Positions 49,125 to 59,838 of a stretch of DNA of 64,000 bases are shown one piece after another. A program made the translations under genes and the position numbers. The notes under the pieces were generated by a model. That model was not told the DNA's origin. It did not search any database and saw only the letters and a list, made by a program, of their open reading frames with translations. The DNA is taken from sequence record NZ_CP015284.1; one strand, written 5' to 3'. The stretch comes from a plasmid. Positions within the stretch are counted from its first letter, which is position 1; every line of letters starts with the position of its first letter.

Positions 49125-49547
49125 TTAATGAAGTAGTGCGGTTAGCCAATACCAACCAAATACAAGTAAAAGTCCTAGGGCAAGAAAGATACTTTGTTTA
49201 ATGAATTTTCGATTTCGTTTTTGTTGTTGCTTTCGCATCCAAAATGAATCTTCATCTGAGTAATAGTCTTTGTGACGTTCCACTTGCAAATTATAATAGT
49301 CTGTCACATCCTCCTTGACACTGGATAACCTTTCTTTCCCACGCGCAATGAGACCTTGTTTTTTCTCTTGTTCACGTGCGATACTATCCTCACCAAAACC
49401 GTCATAGTAGGTATCGTAAAACGCTGAATAATCTACTTGCTCTTCGAGGCTTTCCGGATAGACTTGGTCTTGATGCTCATCAAGAGGATCTAGCTCTAGT
49501 TCACGCTGAATATACTGACCATCTCGTTTAAAACGATAAGATACCAT
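49125..49547 (-). CDS. small protein with a C-terminal TM anchor (140 aa)
   Basis: ORF in the T4SS operon. Confidence 0.4.
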   Translation of the reverse strand: MVSYRFKRDGQYIQRELELDPLDEHQDQVYPESLEEQVDYSAFYDTYYDGFGEDSIAREQEKKQGLIARGKERLSSVKEDVTDYYNLQVERHKDYYSDEDSFWMRKQQQKRNRKFIKQSIFLALGLLLVFGWYWLTALLH

Positions 49548-49550
49548 ATA

Positions 49551-50249
49551 TTAAAACCTCCTTAAGCCAATAATAGGCATTTTTTGTGGAGCAATATAGA
49601 GTTTATCTGTTACTGTTACCTTAGAAAAAGGTACACCTTTGATTTTGAAAGTACGGTGTAACTCCTTAACAACGAGACCAACTTTATAATCTTTTTCCGT
49701 CACTTCTTCCTTAAAGAGTTCTTCATAAGCTGACACCTGAATCAAGTCTAGGAGACGATAAGCAGATTGATAAGCATAATAGTTACTTCGATTGGCTAAT
49801 CTCTTTTCAAAAAGAGGTGAATATTCCTTTGAGAAGAATGATACGATCTTAACAGCTCGTTTTCTATGGTTATATTCTAGTTTAGCCATAACCCATGCAA
49901 GCCCCCAAGTCACTAACGTGATAAAGCCCCAGGTGTTCATCAAACAAATAGGAAGAAGACTAAACATAAGGATACGCTTTGCTTTCTTGATACGTTCACG
50001 TCTCTTACCAGCAAGTAGCTGATAAAGGGCTACAATCAAGGCACAAAACACATATGATGTATAGGCAATAGCCATAAAATGAACACCGTAGGCGAATAAA
50101 AGTGTCTGATAGAGCATGAGATAGCTATAGAAACCAACCAAACCAAGAACTAAACTGATAATAAAGGAGACTATCCTAAAAAAACGTAGTGTCTTAATGT
50201 CATAAGCAATATTGTTAACCCATAGTGACATTTGCATTAGTGTGGTCAT
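49551..50249 (-). CDS. polytopic membrane protein (232 aa)
   Basis: 4-5 hydrophobic helices. Confidence 0.45.
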   Translation of the reverse strand: MTTLMQMSLWVNNIAYDIKTLRFFRIVSFIISLVLGLVGFYSYLMLYQTLLFAYGVHFMAIAYTSYVFCALIVALYQLLAGKRRERIKKAKRILMFSLLPICLMNTWGFITLVTWGLAWVMAKLEYNHRKRAVKIVSFFSKEYSPLFEKRLANRSNYYAYQSAYRLLDLIQVSAYEELFKEEVTEKDYKVGLVVKELHRTFKIKGVPFSKVTVTDKLYIAPQKMPIIGLRRF

Positions 50250-50252
50250 TAT

Positions 50253-50579
50253 TTAATTTTCCTCCTCTGGTTCTTCTTCTGATTCAAATATTCTCGACTC
50301 AAATCGAGCAGGTTCTTGGTAGATAATCATGGCTGAGTACTCATCCACTTGCTGACTTCCAAATAAGCCACATAAACTACTTAAAAGATGTGTTTTTCGC
50401 ATCTGATAAGTAATATCAACAACACGACAGGTCTTTTTGTAAGCCAAGATCTCTAAGTAATCATTTACAATTCTTTCCAAATCATGCGGATTATCCTTTG
50501 TCAGAATTTTAGTTTGCAGTTGGAATGCCTCACCAGAATATGGTTGTTGTAGGTTCATTGTATTTCCCCCTTTCACCAT
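50253..50579 (-). CDS. small acidic cytoplasmic protein (108 aa)
   Basis: ORF tightly packed in the operon. Confidence 0.4.
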   Translation of the reverse strand: MVKGGNTMNLQQPYSGEAFQLQTKILTKDNPHDLERIVNDYLEILAYKKTCRVVDITYQMRKTHLLSSLCGLFGSQQVDEYSAMIIYQEPARFESRIFESEEEPEEEN

Positions 50580-50581
50580 TT

Positions 50582-52543
50582 CTAAGGTAAGAATGCATAG
50601 CGAACATGTTCATCATACGGATACTTACCATAAGACCTATTATCCGCTAGTTGATGGTTGAAGACTAAGTTCTTGACAGAAGCAATATTTAGGAAGAAAT
50701 CACCATCTCTTAAATATTTAAGTGAGGAAAGCTCACTCTCGGTCATTTCCCCTTGTAAAGCATCCGCTAGACGAGGGATAGTCAAATCACCTAATTGAGA
50801 AAAGACACGATACGTCATCATAGAGAAAATCGCACGTGTCGCTAAAACGTAGTCCACTGCGTCCGTAGAGTTTGCATTCAAGAGGATGTTATCTAACGAA
50901 CTCATTTCCATAATAAATGCGGAATAGTTACTACTTACATTCTCAATCAAATCCTTTAGAAAGTTAAGAGACTCTGAATAACGATAATTGAAGAGCTTAT
51001 GTGCTCCGTTAATGGTAATAATGCTATGAGGTCGCTGGCTCTTATCTCCCCCGATAATCCCTCTACGGAAATACTCAGATACCCTTCTACCATTTGCTAC
51101 AGCGTATGATGAAATGATAGATAACACTTGGTAAAGCTGAATATTAAGAAGTTCAGTATCTTGAATCCCAGAGAGGTCAAAGGTTACAACTTGTTCATTT
51201 GAGAAATCTTCAAACTGTGAGGTCGCATTTAAGAAGCGATAATCCCCCAAGAGACCAGAGAAAGCATTATAGAGACGGTCATAACTTGCAGCATCAATTT
51301 CATTCCCCTCTGCGATTTTGTCCTCTTTAAGCTTGTTTAAGCGTTCTACCCAATGAGATAGAGTCGGATAATCTTCTGGAATAACATTCGTAATCGTTAA
51401 GTCTTCTTGGTCCATGACTTCTGCATTACGGTTCCACAGACTACGGTCTTCATAAAAGTCGTTTAAAGCAGACGACAAATTATTGAGGTCAGAATTCTTT
51501 AACCCTGGATCAAGAATTTGAGCCAAAGCACGTAGTTTATTACGGTGGGCATAGAAAGATTGAACCTGGTCCGTTGTTTCTCCATCTGCAGAGGAAGCCG
51601 TCGCAATAATTTGCATGAGGTTAATATGATTTCGATTATTAGTACCAGACATCTTAACATATCGACCACCTTGAAGTTCCGTAAGTTCTTTTAAGTTACC
51701 AGTAAGGTCAATGTTAAAAATGGTATGGCCTTTAGCAAAATAGGTATCAATCAAATTACCTAACAGTTTCATTTTCCCGTTTCCTGCTCCGGCAATCAGC
51801 ATTGATGGAATTTTACGTTCCCTATCTTCATGCAAAAGGTCAAAGTTAACCACACCACCAGTACGTGTTTCTCCCAAGTAAACACCATAGGTATCCATTA
51901 AGTTCGTATGATTAAAAGGATAGCCAGCACCTAAATCCCAGACGGATGCTGCTTGCCCTTTTCGACGTAGTGGGGTGTCTTCCAAACGAGAAGCGGGGAT
52001 AAAGGCTGTATGATATTCGACATCTTGCATGCCATCTGAAGAAGAGATAGAATACTGATTCAACTGTTGCTTGAGGTCAGCTTCTCGTTCTACCAGTTGC
52101 TCCAATGTGTTTGCAGCTAATAAAAAGCGGGTGTGAATTTTTTTAGAAGGAACATTATTACCAAGTTTTTCGCGATAGTCTAACAAAGAACTAATACGCA
52201 TCTTATCATCTGCATCTTGTGCAGCCTTTGTGTTTTGCGTTGCTAACATATTAGAGATAGCTTTTGAGGCTAATTCTGACATTTCGCTATTTGAAGCATG
52301 TTCTAAAGACATAAAGCTGATAACATTATCAACAAGCATTAAATCGCTCATCCAGAAGTCAGGTAAACCGTGTTCTGGGTATCGGTCATATGGAACATGA
52401 GCAATCTTATAATAACCGTTTGCTTGTCTCCAATATCTATCATCATATTTAAAATCTGGAATATCACTTTGAATCCTACTAATAAGATTGAGGTCATAAC
52501 CCTCTCGAATATATTTCTTGATTTTTCGTGAACTTAAATCCAT
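50582..52543 (-). CDS. VirB4-like conjugation protein with degenerate ATPase motifs (653 aa)
   Basis: The P-loop-like segment is LIAGAGNGKM, with Met after Lys instead of Ser/Thr. The position expected for Walker B (hhhDEaH) reads IITINGAHKLF. The assignment rests on architecture and operon context. Confidence 0.4.
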   Translation of the reverse strand: MDLSSRKIKKYIREGYDLNLISRIQSDIPDFKYDDRYWRQANGYYKIAHVPYDRYPEHGLPDFWMSDLMLVDNVISFMSLEHASNSEMSELASKAISNMLATQNTKAAQDADDKMRISSLLDYREKLGNNVPSKKIHTRFLLAANTLEQLVEREADLKQQLNQYSISSSDGMQDVEYHTAFIPASRLEDTPLRRKGQAASVWDLGAGYPFNHTNLMDTYGVYLGETRTGGVVNFDLLHEDRERKIPSMLIAGAGNGKMKLLGNLIDTYFAKGHTIFNIDLTGNLKELTELQGGRYVKMSGTNNRNHINLMQIIATASSADGETTDQVQSFYAHRNKLRALAQILDPGLKNSDLNNLSSALNDFYEDRSLWNRNAEVMDQEDLTITNVIPEDYPTLSHWVERLNKLKEDKIAEGNEIDAASYDRLYNAFSGLLGDYRFLNATSQFEDFSNEQVVTFDLSGIQDTELLNIQLYQVLSIISSYAVANGRRVSEYFRRGIIGGDKSQRPHSIITINGAHKLFNYRYSESLNFLKDLIENVSSNYSAFIMEMSSLDNILLNANSTDAVDYVLATRAIFSMMTYRVFSQLGDLTIPRLADALQGEMTESELSSLKYLRDGDFFLNIASVKNLVFNHQLADNRSYGKYPYDEHVRYAFLP

Positions 52544-52554
52544 GTAAACTCCTT

Positions 52555-53463
52555 CTAATACTGGTTAGGCGAAACATTCAGTGAATCATTAAAGTTGTAA
52601 TATTGAGTCAACAACTCTTCCTTCTTTTCGACAGATACAACTTTAGGGGCAAATCCGTGGCTCGAAGCAATCGTTAGTGTGGTACGTGTATTGGAATCAA
52701 TTTCAGCCAAAGTATCTCCAAACACCCAAATAAAGAACTCGATATTTTGTTGATTGATTGCAATGACTTGTTGGACGAGATATTTTGTTTTCAAAATATC
52801 TTCTCTTTGTCTAAGTTGATAAACAAGTCTCTCTTTACGTGAAATGGTATCAATGTCATCACCATCATTGATGATCAATTCTGGAGCGTTCTGTTCTTGT
52901 TTGACTTCATCTAGCAGACGTAGCAATTCGTTCGATTGACTTGAGACATCTGTTGGCAATTTTGTTGTCTGGATCATCATGTCAAAGGCAGTCCCAGACA
53001 GAAAAAGAGTGAATCCTACTTTAATTGCTGCCTGTTCTTCGTTAGACATCGCTTGAATATCTTGCCCAAACACCTCAAAAATCTGCACATATCCTGAATA
53101 GCCATTAGCTAATCGTATCGGTTGATTAGGATAGCCATATAGGATAGACTTCACATCAGTTATCGCAACAGTGTCTAAAAATTCTTTACGTTTCTTCTTA
53201 TTAAGTGGAACATACACAAATTCCTCTCCGGCACGTTCACCAAGGTCTATACTTTCATATTGTGTTTGTTTTTCCTTCTTCTTAGCTTGTTTACTTTTAC
53301 GTGCCTCTTCTTTTTTTTGTTTCTTAAGTTCTTTATTTCGTTTTCTAAGTTCTTTTTTTGTCAATACTGGTTCTTCAATTAAACCTGGCATATCATTTCC
53401 TCCATAAACATTATTCTTCCCTATTCTACAAAACACTATAGGGTGTTCGTAACCCAGTGACAC
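52555..53463 (-). CDS. hypothetical protein with a Lys/Glu-rich N-terminal region (302 aa)
   Basis: ORF only. Confidence 0.4.
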   Translation of the reverse strand: MSLGYEHPIVFCRIGKNNVYGGNDMPGLIEEPVLTKKELRKRNKELKKQKKEEARKSKQAKKKEKQTQYESIDLGERAGEEFVYVPLNKKKRKEFLDTVAITDVKSILYGYPNQPIRLANGYSGYVQIFEVFGQDIQAMSNEEQAAIKVGFTLFLSGTAFDMMIQTTKLPTDVSSQSNELLRLLDEVKQEQNAPELIINDGDDIDTISRKERLVYQLRQREDILKTKYLVQQVIAINQQNIEFFIWVFGDTLAEIDSNTRTTLTIASSHGFAPKVVSVEKKEELLTQYYNFNDSLNVSPNQY

Positions 53464-53599
53464 CTATTAGCTACTCATACTTCTCCATGATTTTGACTAT
53501 TTACTTCTATTTAGGGCTCTCTGTCCTTGTCTAGCTACTTAAAAACTGTTACAATCAAATAAATACAAACGCAATAATCTTTTTTAGGAGGGTTTTAGG

Positions 53600-53962
53600 A
53601 TGCTAGACTTTTTACAAGATTTTTATTTTTCACTTTATATAAGCACTTGGACCTCGTTTAAATGGTTACTTTTTTCAGTACTGATTGGTATCGCTTGCTT
53701 CTTGCTTACGCTTCTTTTTTCTACGATAAGTGAGGCGGCAGAAACGATTTGGTTTAAATTTTCTTTGTCTCTAACTGGAATATTTGCTCTGTTTTGTTTA
53801 TTCATGACACTTCATGGCATCATCCACTCAATAGGAATCCTAGTAGGTGCTGTTTCTAGTTTCTTTTTCCCAGTATTTGGCTTAATCATTATCTGTGGAA
53901 TTATCCTATTCATCATCAGTCTTTTTAATCCATTCTTCCTCTTCTTCTTAGTTAAGAAATAA
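53600..53962 (+). CDS. small polytopic membrane protein (120 aa), opposite orientation within the operon
   Basis: Three hydrophobic helices. The ORF is followed by a hairpin plus T-run at ~53966-53995. Confidence 0.35.
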   Translation: MLDFLQDFYFSLYISTWTSFKWLLFSVLIGIACFLLTLLFSTISEAAETIWFKFSLSLTGIFALFCLFMTLHGIIHSIGILVGAVSSFFFPVFGLIIICGIILFIISLFNPFFLFFLVKK

Positions 53963-54003
53963 AAAACAAGCCTTTAATATGGCTTGTTTTTTTTAGACTA
54001 TTA

Positions 54004-56235
54004 TCACAACTCTCCGTCTTCTCCAGCATCAAATTTCTGGAATCGACTATCACTATCTAAGCTATTTTTCTTTGGTAAGCTTTGAGTCGGAGGAGTAATG
54101 TTTGAAGTATCCCCCTTTGGAGTAATTCTTCCTGCTCCACCAGTACTATTTAAGATTTTATCTCTAACATTATCTCTAGAGCTTGTGTAGCCTTTTCCGA
54201 AACTGCTTGAGAAGTCTTTCTTAACGGATTGACCAGCATTCCTGAATTCATTTCCAACAACTTCTTTACCAGATTTAACAGTCTCTTTGAATCTTCTAGA
54301 CACATTGCGTCCAGTTGCACTCACTGACTGACCAACAATCTCTCTATACTTAAGACCATGAGCTCTTCTATCTGCCATTGCATTCCAAGTACCTGCTACA
54401 GTACCAGCAGTAGCACCAGCAGCAGTTAAGGCACCTCGTCTGATATTGTTTGCAGTTGCTCCTACTGCACCTCCAGCATCCCTAAGACCGTTGATACCAC
54501 TACCAACGCTATTCTTGAGGTGATTAAAGCCACTTTGATTTCGTCTGCCAGTAGTTGGATTATACCTACCTACAGCGAAGTTTCTAGCACCACCACCCAT
54601 TTTTCTAGCAGCCACTGCACCAACAGCCATTGTAGCGACTCCAGCCTTAGTTCCACTTGAAAGATTAGTATCAATACCTAGCCAGCGTTCCAAAACTTTT
54701 GAGCCTTGAGAAACCGCAAGATAAACACCAAGGTAAACCGCAATCGTCGCAATGGCATGTTGGAATGGATCCAATCCGTCATAGAAACTTCCCCCTAGAG
54801 TTTTCTTAGCAGCAGCAGACGCTCCTGAACCTAGATTGAGTTTCACTTCGCTATAAGTAATTAAGAACCATTGAGCTACTTTGACGAATAATAGTTGGAA
54901 CCAGATGGCAGCAATTCCTGTCATAACTTCCTGCCAAACTTCCAAGATTCTCATACTATTTCCAACTGCTGCATAAGAAACAAGTGGTGAGATAATTACT
55001 GTTATAAGCGTTTTGAAAATCACTCGTACAGTAGTCACTAGTAATCCAATGAGTAGAAGTAAAATGATGATTTGCTGAGTTATCAGTGCTATCCAGTCAA
55101 CCTTATAGCGAGCGTAAGTCGGCAAAAAGGCTGTATTATCAAAACCAAGGAAATAACCTGATTTTGACGTAGTGACTCGTGCATAAGCTATCTTACCATC
55201 TGCATAACGAATGGTGTTGAGCGTAGATCTCATTACATCAGAGAATCCATTGTAGGGTGAATTTGCCTGGTCCTCCTTCAAGTCTTTTTCCTCTTTCCAA
55301 CCAGTAAAGAACAGTTTACTGGTTTGAAGAAGGGCTGTTACTGGGTTAGACATCGCAACACCATTTTTAACCTGTTGCCCCCAATCAACCGAACCGTCTT
55401 CTCGTATTCCTAACATCTTAGGTAGCGACGATACTCGTCCTTCACGTCCAGAGTAATACTGCAACATGGCTTTATTGGTTGGGCCATAAGTTTCAGTAAA
55501 ATTGGTGAACCAAATATTACCATCTGAAATGGTATTCCAGTTTTTATCACCCGCTATAAAATGAGTATCTTCATTATAGCCTAACTTATCTGTATCAAAA
55601 TCCATTGCATACAGCATTTCGAGGTCAACCGTATTGTTCCGAAATGGGGTTACAGAAAGCGAAACACTCTGACCACTGCCAGTTATGTCATAATAGGCTA
55701 GTCCTACGGTATCCTTCGCTATGGCACTACCAAATTTTGAAGCAAACACTGGAAGTGAAGCAACAGAGAAAGTTACCAGAATAATGTGATTGAAGAATTC
55801 TCGATACCTGAAAGGTGCTCCTGCAATTGCCATTATAAGTCGAATGAGCGTTACCAGAACAAATAATGAAATCCCAACGATTTGAAGCCACTTATAAACT
55901 TGACCAACAAAGCTATCGGATTGACTAATATAGTCAAACATCCCGAATAACTTAAACATGTTGAGGTAGGCTTTCTCAATCGCATAACTAAAACTATAGA
56001 TACCTTTTGAAAGCATCTCGGGAATAAAGCCAAAAGCTATAAATACCCCAGTTGTTGGGTGGAGGTATTGGTCCCACTGTGCATAAAAGGATGCCAATAA
56101 GAGCTCTTTATCTTTGTCACCTCCCCAACCTTTAGAACCAACTTCATTAGGCCAATCTTTCGATTGAGAGATCATATCTGATAGGGATGGCCAGACCTTC
56201 CCTTGTTCAATCTCAATTGTTGCTTCTGCACCCAT
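54004..56235 (-). CDS. VirB6-like large polytopic membrane protein with a Gly-rich C-terminal extension (743 aa)
   Basis: Multiple TM helices throughout, plus a GxGxG-rich tail. The size and topology match Tn916 Orf15 / TcpH-class proteins. Confidence 0.55.
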   Translation of the reverse strand: MGAEATIEIEQGKVWPSLSDMISQSKDWPNEVGSKGWGGDKDKELLLASFYAQWDQYLHPTTGVFIAFGFIPEMLSKGIYSFSYAIEKAYLNMFKLFGMFDYISQSDSFVGQVYKWLQIVGISLFVLVTLIRLIMAIAGAPFRYREFFNHIILVTFSVASLPVFASKFGSAIAKDTVGLAYYDITGSGQSVSLSVTPFRNNTVDLEMLYAMDFDTDKLGYNEDTHFIAGDKNWNTISDGNIWFTNFTETYGPTNKAMLQYYSGREGRVSSLPKMLGIREDGSVDWGQQVKNGVAMSNPVTALLQTSKLFFTGWKEEKDLKEDQANSPYNGFSDVMRSTLNTIRYADGKIAYARVTTSKSGYFLGFDNTAFLPTYARYKVDWIALITQQIIILLLLIGLLVTTVRVIFKTLITVIISPLVSYAAVGNSMRILEVWQEVMTGIAAIWFQLLFVKVAQWFLITYSEVKLNLGSGASAAAKKTLGGSFYDGLDPFQHAIATIAVYLGVYLAVSQGSKVLERWLGIDTNLSSGTKAGVATMAVGAVAARKMGGGARNFAVGRYNPTTGRRNQSGFNHLKNSVGSGINGLRDAGGAVGATANNIRRGALTAAGATAGTVAGTWNAMADRRAHGLKYREIVGQSVSATGRNVSRRFKETVKSGKEVVGNEFRNAGQSVKKDFSSSFGKGYTSSRDNVRDKILNSTGGAGRITPKGDTSNITPPTQSLPKKNSLDSDSRFQKFDAGEDGEL

Positions 56236-56238
56236 AGG

Positions 56239-57453
56239 TTATCCCTCCTTGTTTTCAGTTTTTTCAGCTGAAGTTTCAGTAGAAGGAGATGTTGGAGTTG
56301 CAAATGCTGTTGTTGTCGGTTCAGATGTAACTACCCAACCTTGAGTAGCTGATGGTTTTTTCTTAACATTGAAAGTAACACGACGAACTGTCGTTTTTTG
56401 AGCCTCATCCGTTGTACCAACAACGTATGTAACCTCATAGGTATCTTTCTCATTCTTAACGAGTTCAACTTTCTCCAACATTGTGCTAGAAACAGTCGCT
56501 ACCTCTGGGTTAGTAAATTTAGCGTCGTTATTATCCAAGTAAGCTTTAAGCTTATCCTTGTCTCCTGAATAATAGTATGACAAGAAATAACGAGCCATGA
56601 CATCAATCTCATGTTCATGATCTTGTATCATTGTAAGACGCTCAACTTTATCTGTTGTGGCCACAAGTTCTTTCTTCACGCGCGTGAAATTACTATTATA
56701 GACCATTAGCATCAACAATAAGAACACCGACAAGGTACAAGAGCCAATAGCCAAAATCAATGGCAACTTACTTGGTGGTCCTACTTCTTCATCTTCATAC
56801 ACTCTGCCTGTCTTCTCCTTCCGTTTCTTGGCTCCAGCAACTGATTGTTTATGCTTATCCTTATTCGACATAAGACGATTTGGAAGTTCTCCTTCAATCG
56901 TTCCAGGTTTTGGATAAGGTGGCATATCAACAAGAGACAAGCCTAGACTTTCAGCATAACATGGAAGTAACCCCATAGGCCCACTGAAAAAGTTCGAGAT
57001 GCCTTCATATGTTGTTTTCTCAAACCGTTTATCACGGTGTGCTTCTTCGATAAGTGGGGTAACGAGTTCCTTATAATCTTTCGTAATAACAAAAGGGGTA
57101 ATCTGAGGTTGTCCTTCAATACTAGGGACTCCCGTAGTTGGTCGTGTCACACGACCATTTTGTTCCATCGGTTGACTAGCAAGAGCAATTCCTTTTAAGG
57201 TAAATTCAGAATAACGCTTTTTGATTTCTCGAAAAAGTAATTCTGCTTGTTTAAAAGTTAGGAATGGTAGACTTTGAGCAATACTTTCCTTTTTATTACT
57301 AGGGAAATATTCAGTATCTAAGTCATCAATGATATCTGCTAACTCTTCATCCTTTTTAGGATTTGCATTTCCTTTCCACTCGATATAAAGAAACAAGGCA
57401 TCGGGAAACAATACCTTGCGATTCCCCTTTATGGTAAGTAATTCTTTTTCCAT
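56239..57453 (-). CDS. bitopic membrane protein (central TM helix, 404 aa), conjugation-associated
   Basis: TM segment LILAIGSCTLSVFLLLMLMVY. Confidence 0.4.
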   Translation of the reverse strand: MEKELLTIKGNRKVLFPDALFLYIEWKGNANPKKDEELADIIDDLDTEYFPSNKKESIAQSLPFLTFKQAELLFREIKKRYSEFTLKGIALASQPMEQNGRVTRPTTGVPSIEGQPQITPFVITKDYKELVTPLIEEAHRDKRFEKTTYEGISNFFSGPMGLLPCYAESLGLSLVDMPPYPKPGTIEGELPNRLMSNKDKHKQSVAGAKKRKEKTGRVYEDEEVGPPSKLPLILAIGSCTLSVFLLLMLMVYNSNFTRVKKELVATTDKVERLTMIQDHEHEIDVMARYFLSYYYSGDKDKLKAYLDNNDAKFTNPEVATVSSTMLEKVELVKNEKDTYEVTYVVGTTDEAQKTTVRRVTFNVKKKPSATQGWVVTSEPTTTAFATPTSPSTETSAEKTENKEG

Positions 57454-57473
57454 AAAGTAAACCTCTTAACTAC

Positions 57474-57821
57474 TTATTTGGGTTGCCATAGATAAGTGAC
57501 GATTGTAGTTATCGCTGAACCAACACATAGTGCGATTGCAATCCACATTAGCCAATCAAGTGCTACTGTTCGTTTCTTATCTCCCATCATTAACAAAGCT
57601 GAAGCAACTAAACCGAATACTACTGCAGCTCCTGGGAATATAATACGCAACATACCTGCAACGTCATTAAGCGTATTTGTTGCTTCATTAGCTGGATTAG
57701 CAGCATTTCCTCCAGTTTGCTCCGCAAAAGCAAGGGATACAGAGTTTAACGTCAACAAAGCAGTCATTCCTAGTGTTGATGCCTTTGTCTTCACGTTGTT
57801 CAAAAATGTGTTTTCTTTCAA
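57474..57821 (-). CDS. small secreted/membrane protein with a signal peptide plus two TM helices (VirB2/TrbC pilin-like, 115 aa)
   Basis: Signal sequence ...SLAFA|EQT, then two hydrophobic helices. Confidence 0.35.
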   Translation of the reverse strand: MKENTFLNNVKTKASTLGMTALLTLNSVSLAFAEQTGGNAANPANEATNTLNDVAGMLRIIFPGAAVVFGLVASALLMMGDKKRTVALDWLMWIAIALCVGSAITTIVTYLWQPK

Positions 57822-57894
57822 AACAGCCTCCTTAAAAATTTAATATCTGTAGTCTACAATATTCCATCTACGAGTCACAACCTAGTGACACCCC

Positions 57895-59838
57895 TTAAGA
57901 AGTAAGCAAATAGTTACCATACTCCTCTGGAGGTATCCGTTTGACACTAATATGCGTCTGACGCCTATCTTGAACTGTCTTTCTACCTGAGTTACCATAC
58001 GCAAACGTTCCTGGTGCATGTCCAGATAAAGACACATCAACCATAAAGTAATCTTGTGGCTTTCGCCCAAGGAAATACAATTGCTCAAAGATTTCATCAG
58101 TTAACACTTCATCAATAGTTCTCTCTAAAGGCCTTGCTCCATCTTCTGGACTAACACCGACACTACTAAGATATTCATAGAAGTATTTTTTGCCATCGAT
58201 AGTTTGGTCACCATCCATAACATCCTCATAATTAATAAGGATATGATGCTCTTTAAACCAACTGCTCTCATGTACAGCCATTTTTGAATAGACAATCTTA
58301 TCAATGGTTTGTTTCGTCAAGATATTAGTCACTTCAATTTTCCAACGGTTGATAAATTCAGGACGTTTAAAGATCTTGATTAACTCGTCTCTCATGTCCT
58401 TCATGAACTCTTTATAGTCAGTCTTGTTCATTTCTGTAAAGGTCTGACCAGAGGTGATATATTTATCTTTGATTCGCTTATGCCCCACGTTTGATGTTGC
58501 AATGATAAACGTATTCTTAAAATTGATTTTTCGTCCACGTCCGTCAGTTAAATGCCCGTCATCAAGCATTTGCAAATATAAAGCCCATACATCTGGATGA
58601 GCCTTTTCTAACTCGTCCAATAGTACTAACGAGTAGGGATTCTTCTTAATTTTTTCCGTTAAGTCACCTTTTCGCTCGTCATTTCCTATAAGACGAACAA
58701 CAGCATTATCAGTCATGTATTCTGACATATCCAGCCGAATCATCGCTTCTTCACTACCAAACAGTTGTTTTGCTGCTTGTTTCGCCAATTCAGTTTTACC
58801 TGTACCTGTTGTTCCAAGTAGAAGAAGAGTTCCTAGAGGTCTTCGCTTGTTCTGCCCACCCTGGATACCTTTATACATAAGGCGTGCTATAGTTCGAATC
58901 ACATGGTCTTGCCCCTTAACAACAGCACGCATACCTTCTGCAAAATCCACTGGTGTTGAGGACGTGCGTAGAAGACTTTCCATAGGAATACCTTTTTTAC
59001 GGTGAATGACACTCGCAATATCTTTTAAGGTAATCTCTGATTTCCCATCGATATTTGCAGTCGCTGAAGCTTCATCAATAATATCAATAGCTTTATCCGG
59101 AAGCATTTTATCCGTGACATAACGAATAGATAATTCTACTGCTGCCTTAATGGCATCAGTAGGAATCTCAATATCAAGTTCTCGTTTATACTTGGGACGA
59201 CGTTTTTTCAAGACCAAAATAGATGCCTCTTTGTCCAGTTCATCAACGTAAACTGGTTGCAGACGTCGTTCCATCGCTGGGTCTCGTTCGATAATCATAA
59301 ACTCATCAGCTGTAGTGGCTGAAATAAGATAGATTTCCCCACGAGATAAGGCTGGTTTCAAGCTATTAGCGACGTCAAGAGCACTTCCCTCAACACCTGT
59401 TCCCATAATGGTATGCACTTCATCAATAAAGAGGATAAACTCATCTTTGTGAGCCATAAACTCTTTAATCAATCCGTCCATTTTGGCAATGATGTTCACC
59501 TCTTTACCTGTATGGTCAAATTCTTTCCCTTGGATAGCAGATAATTCTAGTTGCTTAACCTGCTTACCTTGGAAACGTGTTGGGACGTGGGCTTTCTTGT
59601 TAAGAATATCCGCACAAATTCCTTCTACAATAGCTGTTTTACCTACACCAGCTTCACCAATTAGTACAGGAGAGTTTTTTTCTAATCGATTCAGTGAGAT
59701 AAAGACTTGTCTGATTTCATCTTGTCTACCCCAAGCCACAAAATCTTGACGCTTGGGTCTGATTTTCTCAGTAAGGTCTGTTGTGTATTTGTCAATATAA
59801 GGAGTCTTACTAAGATTATGGTTAGTCCTCTCCTTCAT
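57895..59838 (-). CDS. ClpA/ClpB-type AAA+ ATPase with two nucleotide-binding domains, lacking the N-domain (647 aa)
   Basis: NBD1 Walker A LIGEAGVGKTAIVEG with Walker B ILFIDEVHT. NBD2 Walker A LLLGTTGTGKTELAK with Walker B LVLLDELEKAH. Confidence 0.8.
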   Translation of the reverse strand: MKERTNHNLSKTPYIDKYTTDLTEKIRPKRQDFVAWGRQDEIRQVFISLNRLEKNSPVLIGEAGVGKTAIVEGICADILNKKAHVPTRFQGKQVKQLELSAIQGKEFDHTGKEVNIIAKMDGLIKEFMAHKDEFILFIDEVHTIMGTGVEGSALDVANSLKPALSRGEIYLISATTADEFMIIERDPAMERRLQPVYVDELDKEASILVLKKRRPKYKRELDIEIPTDAIKAAVELSIRYVTDKMLPDKAIDIIDEASATANIDGKSEITLKDIASVIHRKKGIPMESLLRTSSTPVDFAEGMRAVVKGQDHVIRTIARLMYKGIQGGQNKRRPLGTLLLLGTTGTGKTELAKQAAKQLFGSEEAMIRLDMSEYMTDNAVVRLIGNDERKGDLTEKIKKNPYSLVLLDELEKAHPDVWALYLQMLDDGHLTDGRGRKINFKNTFIIATSNVGHKRIKDKYITSGQTFTEMNKTDYKEFMKDMRDELIKIFKRPEFINRWKIEVTNILTKQTIDKIVYSKMAVHESSWFKEHHILINYEDVMDGDQTIDGKKYFYEYLSSVGVSPEDGARPLERTIDEVLTDEIFEQLYFLGRKPQDYFMVDVSLSGHAPGTFAYGNSGRKTVQDRRQTHISVKRIPPEEYGNYLLTS

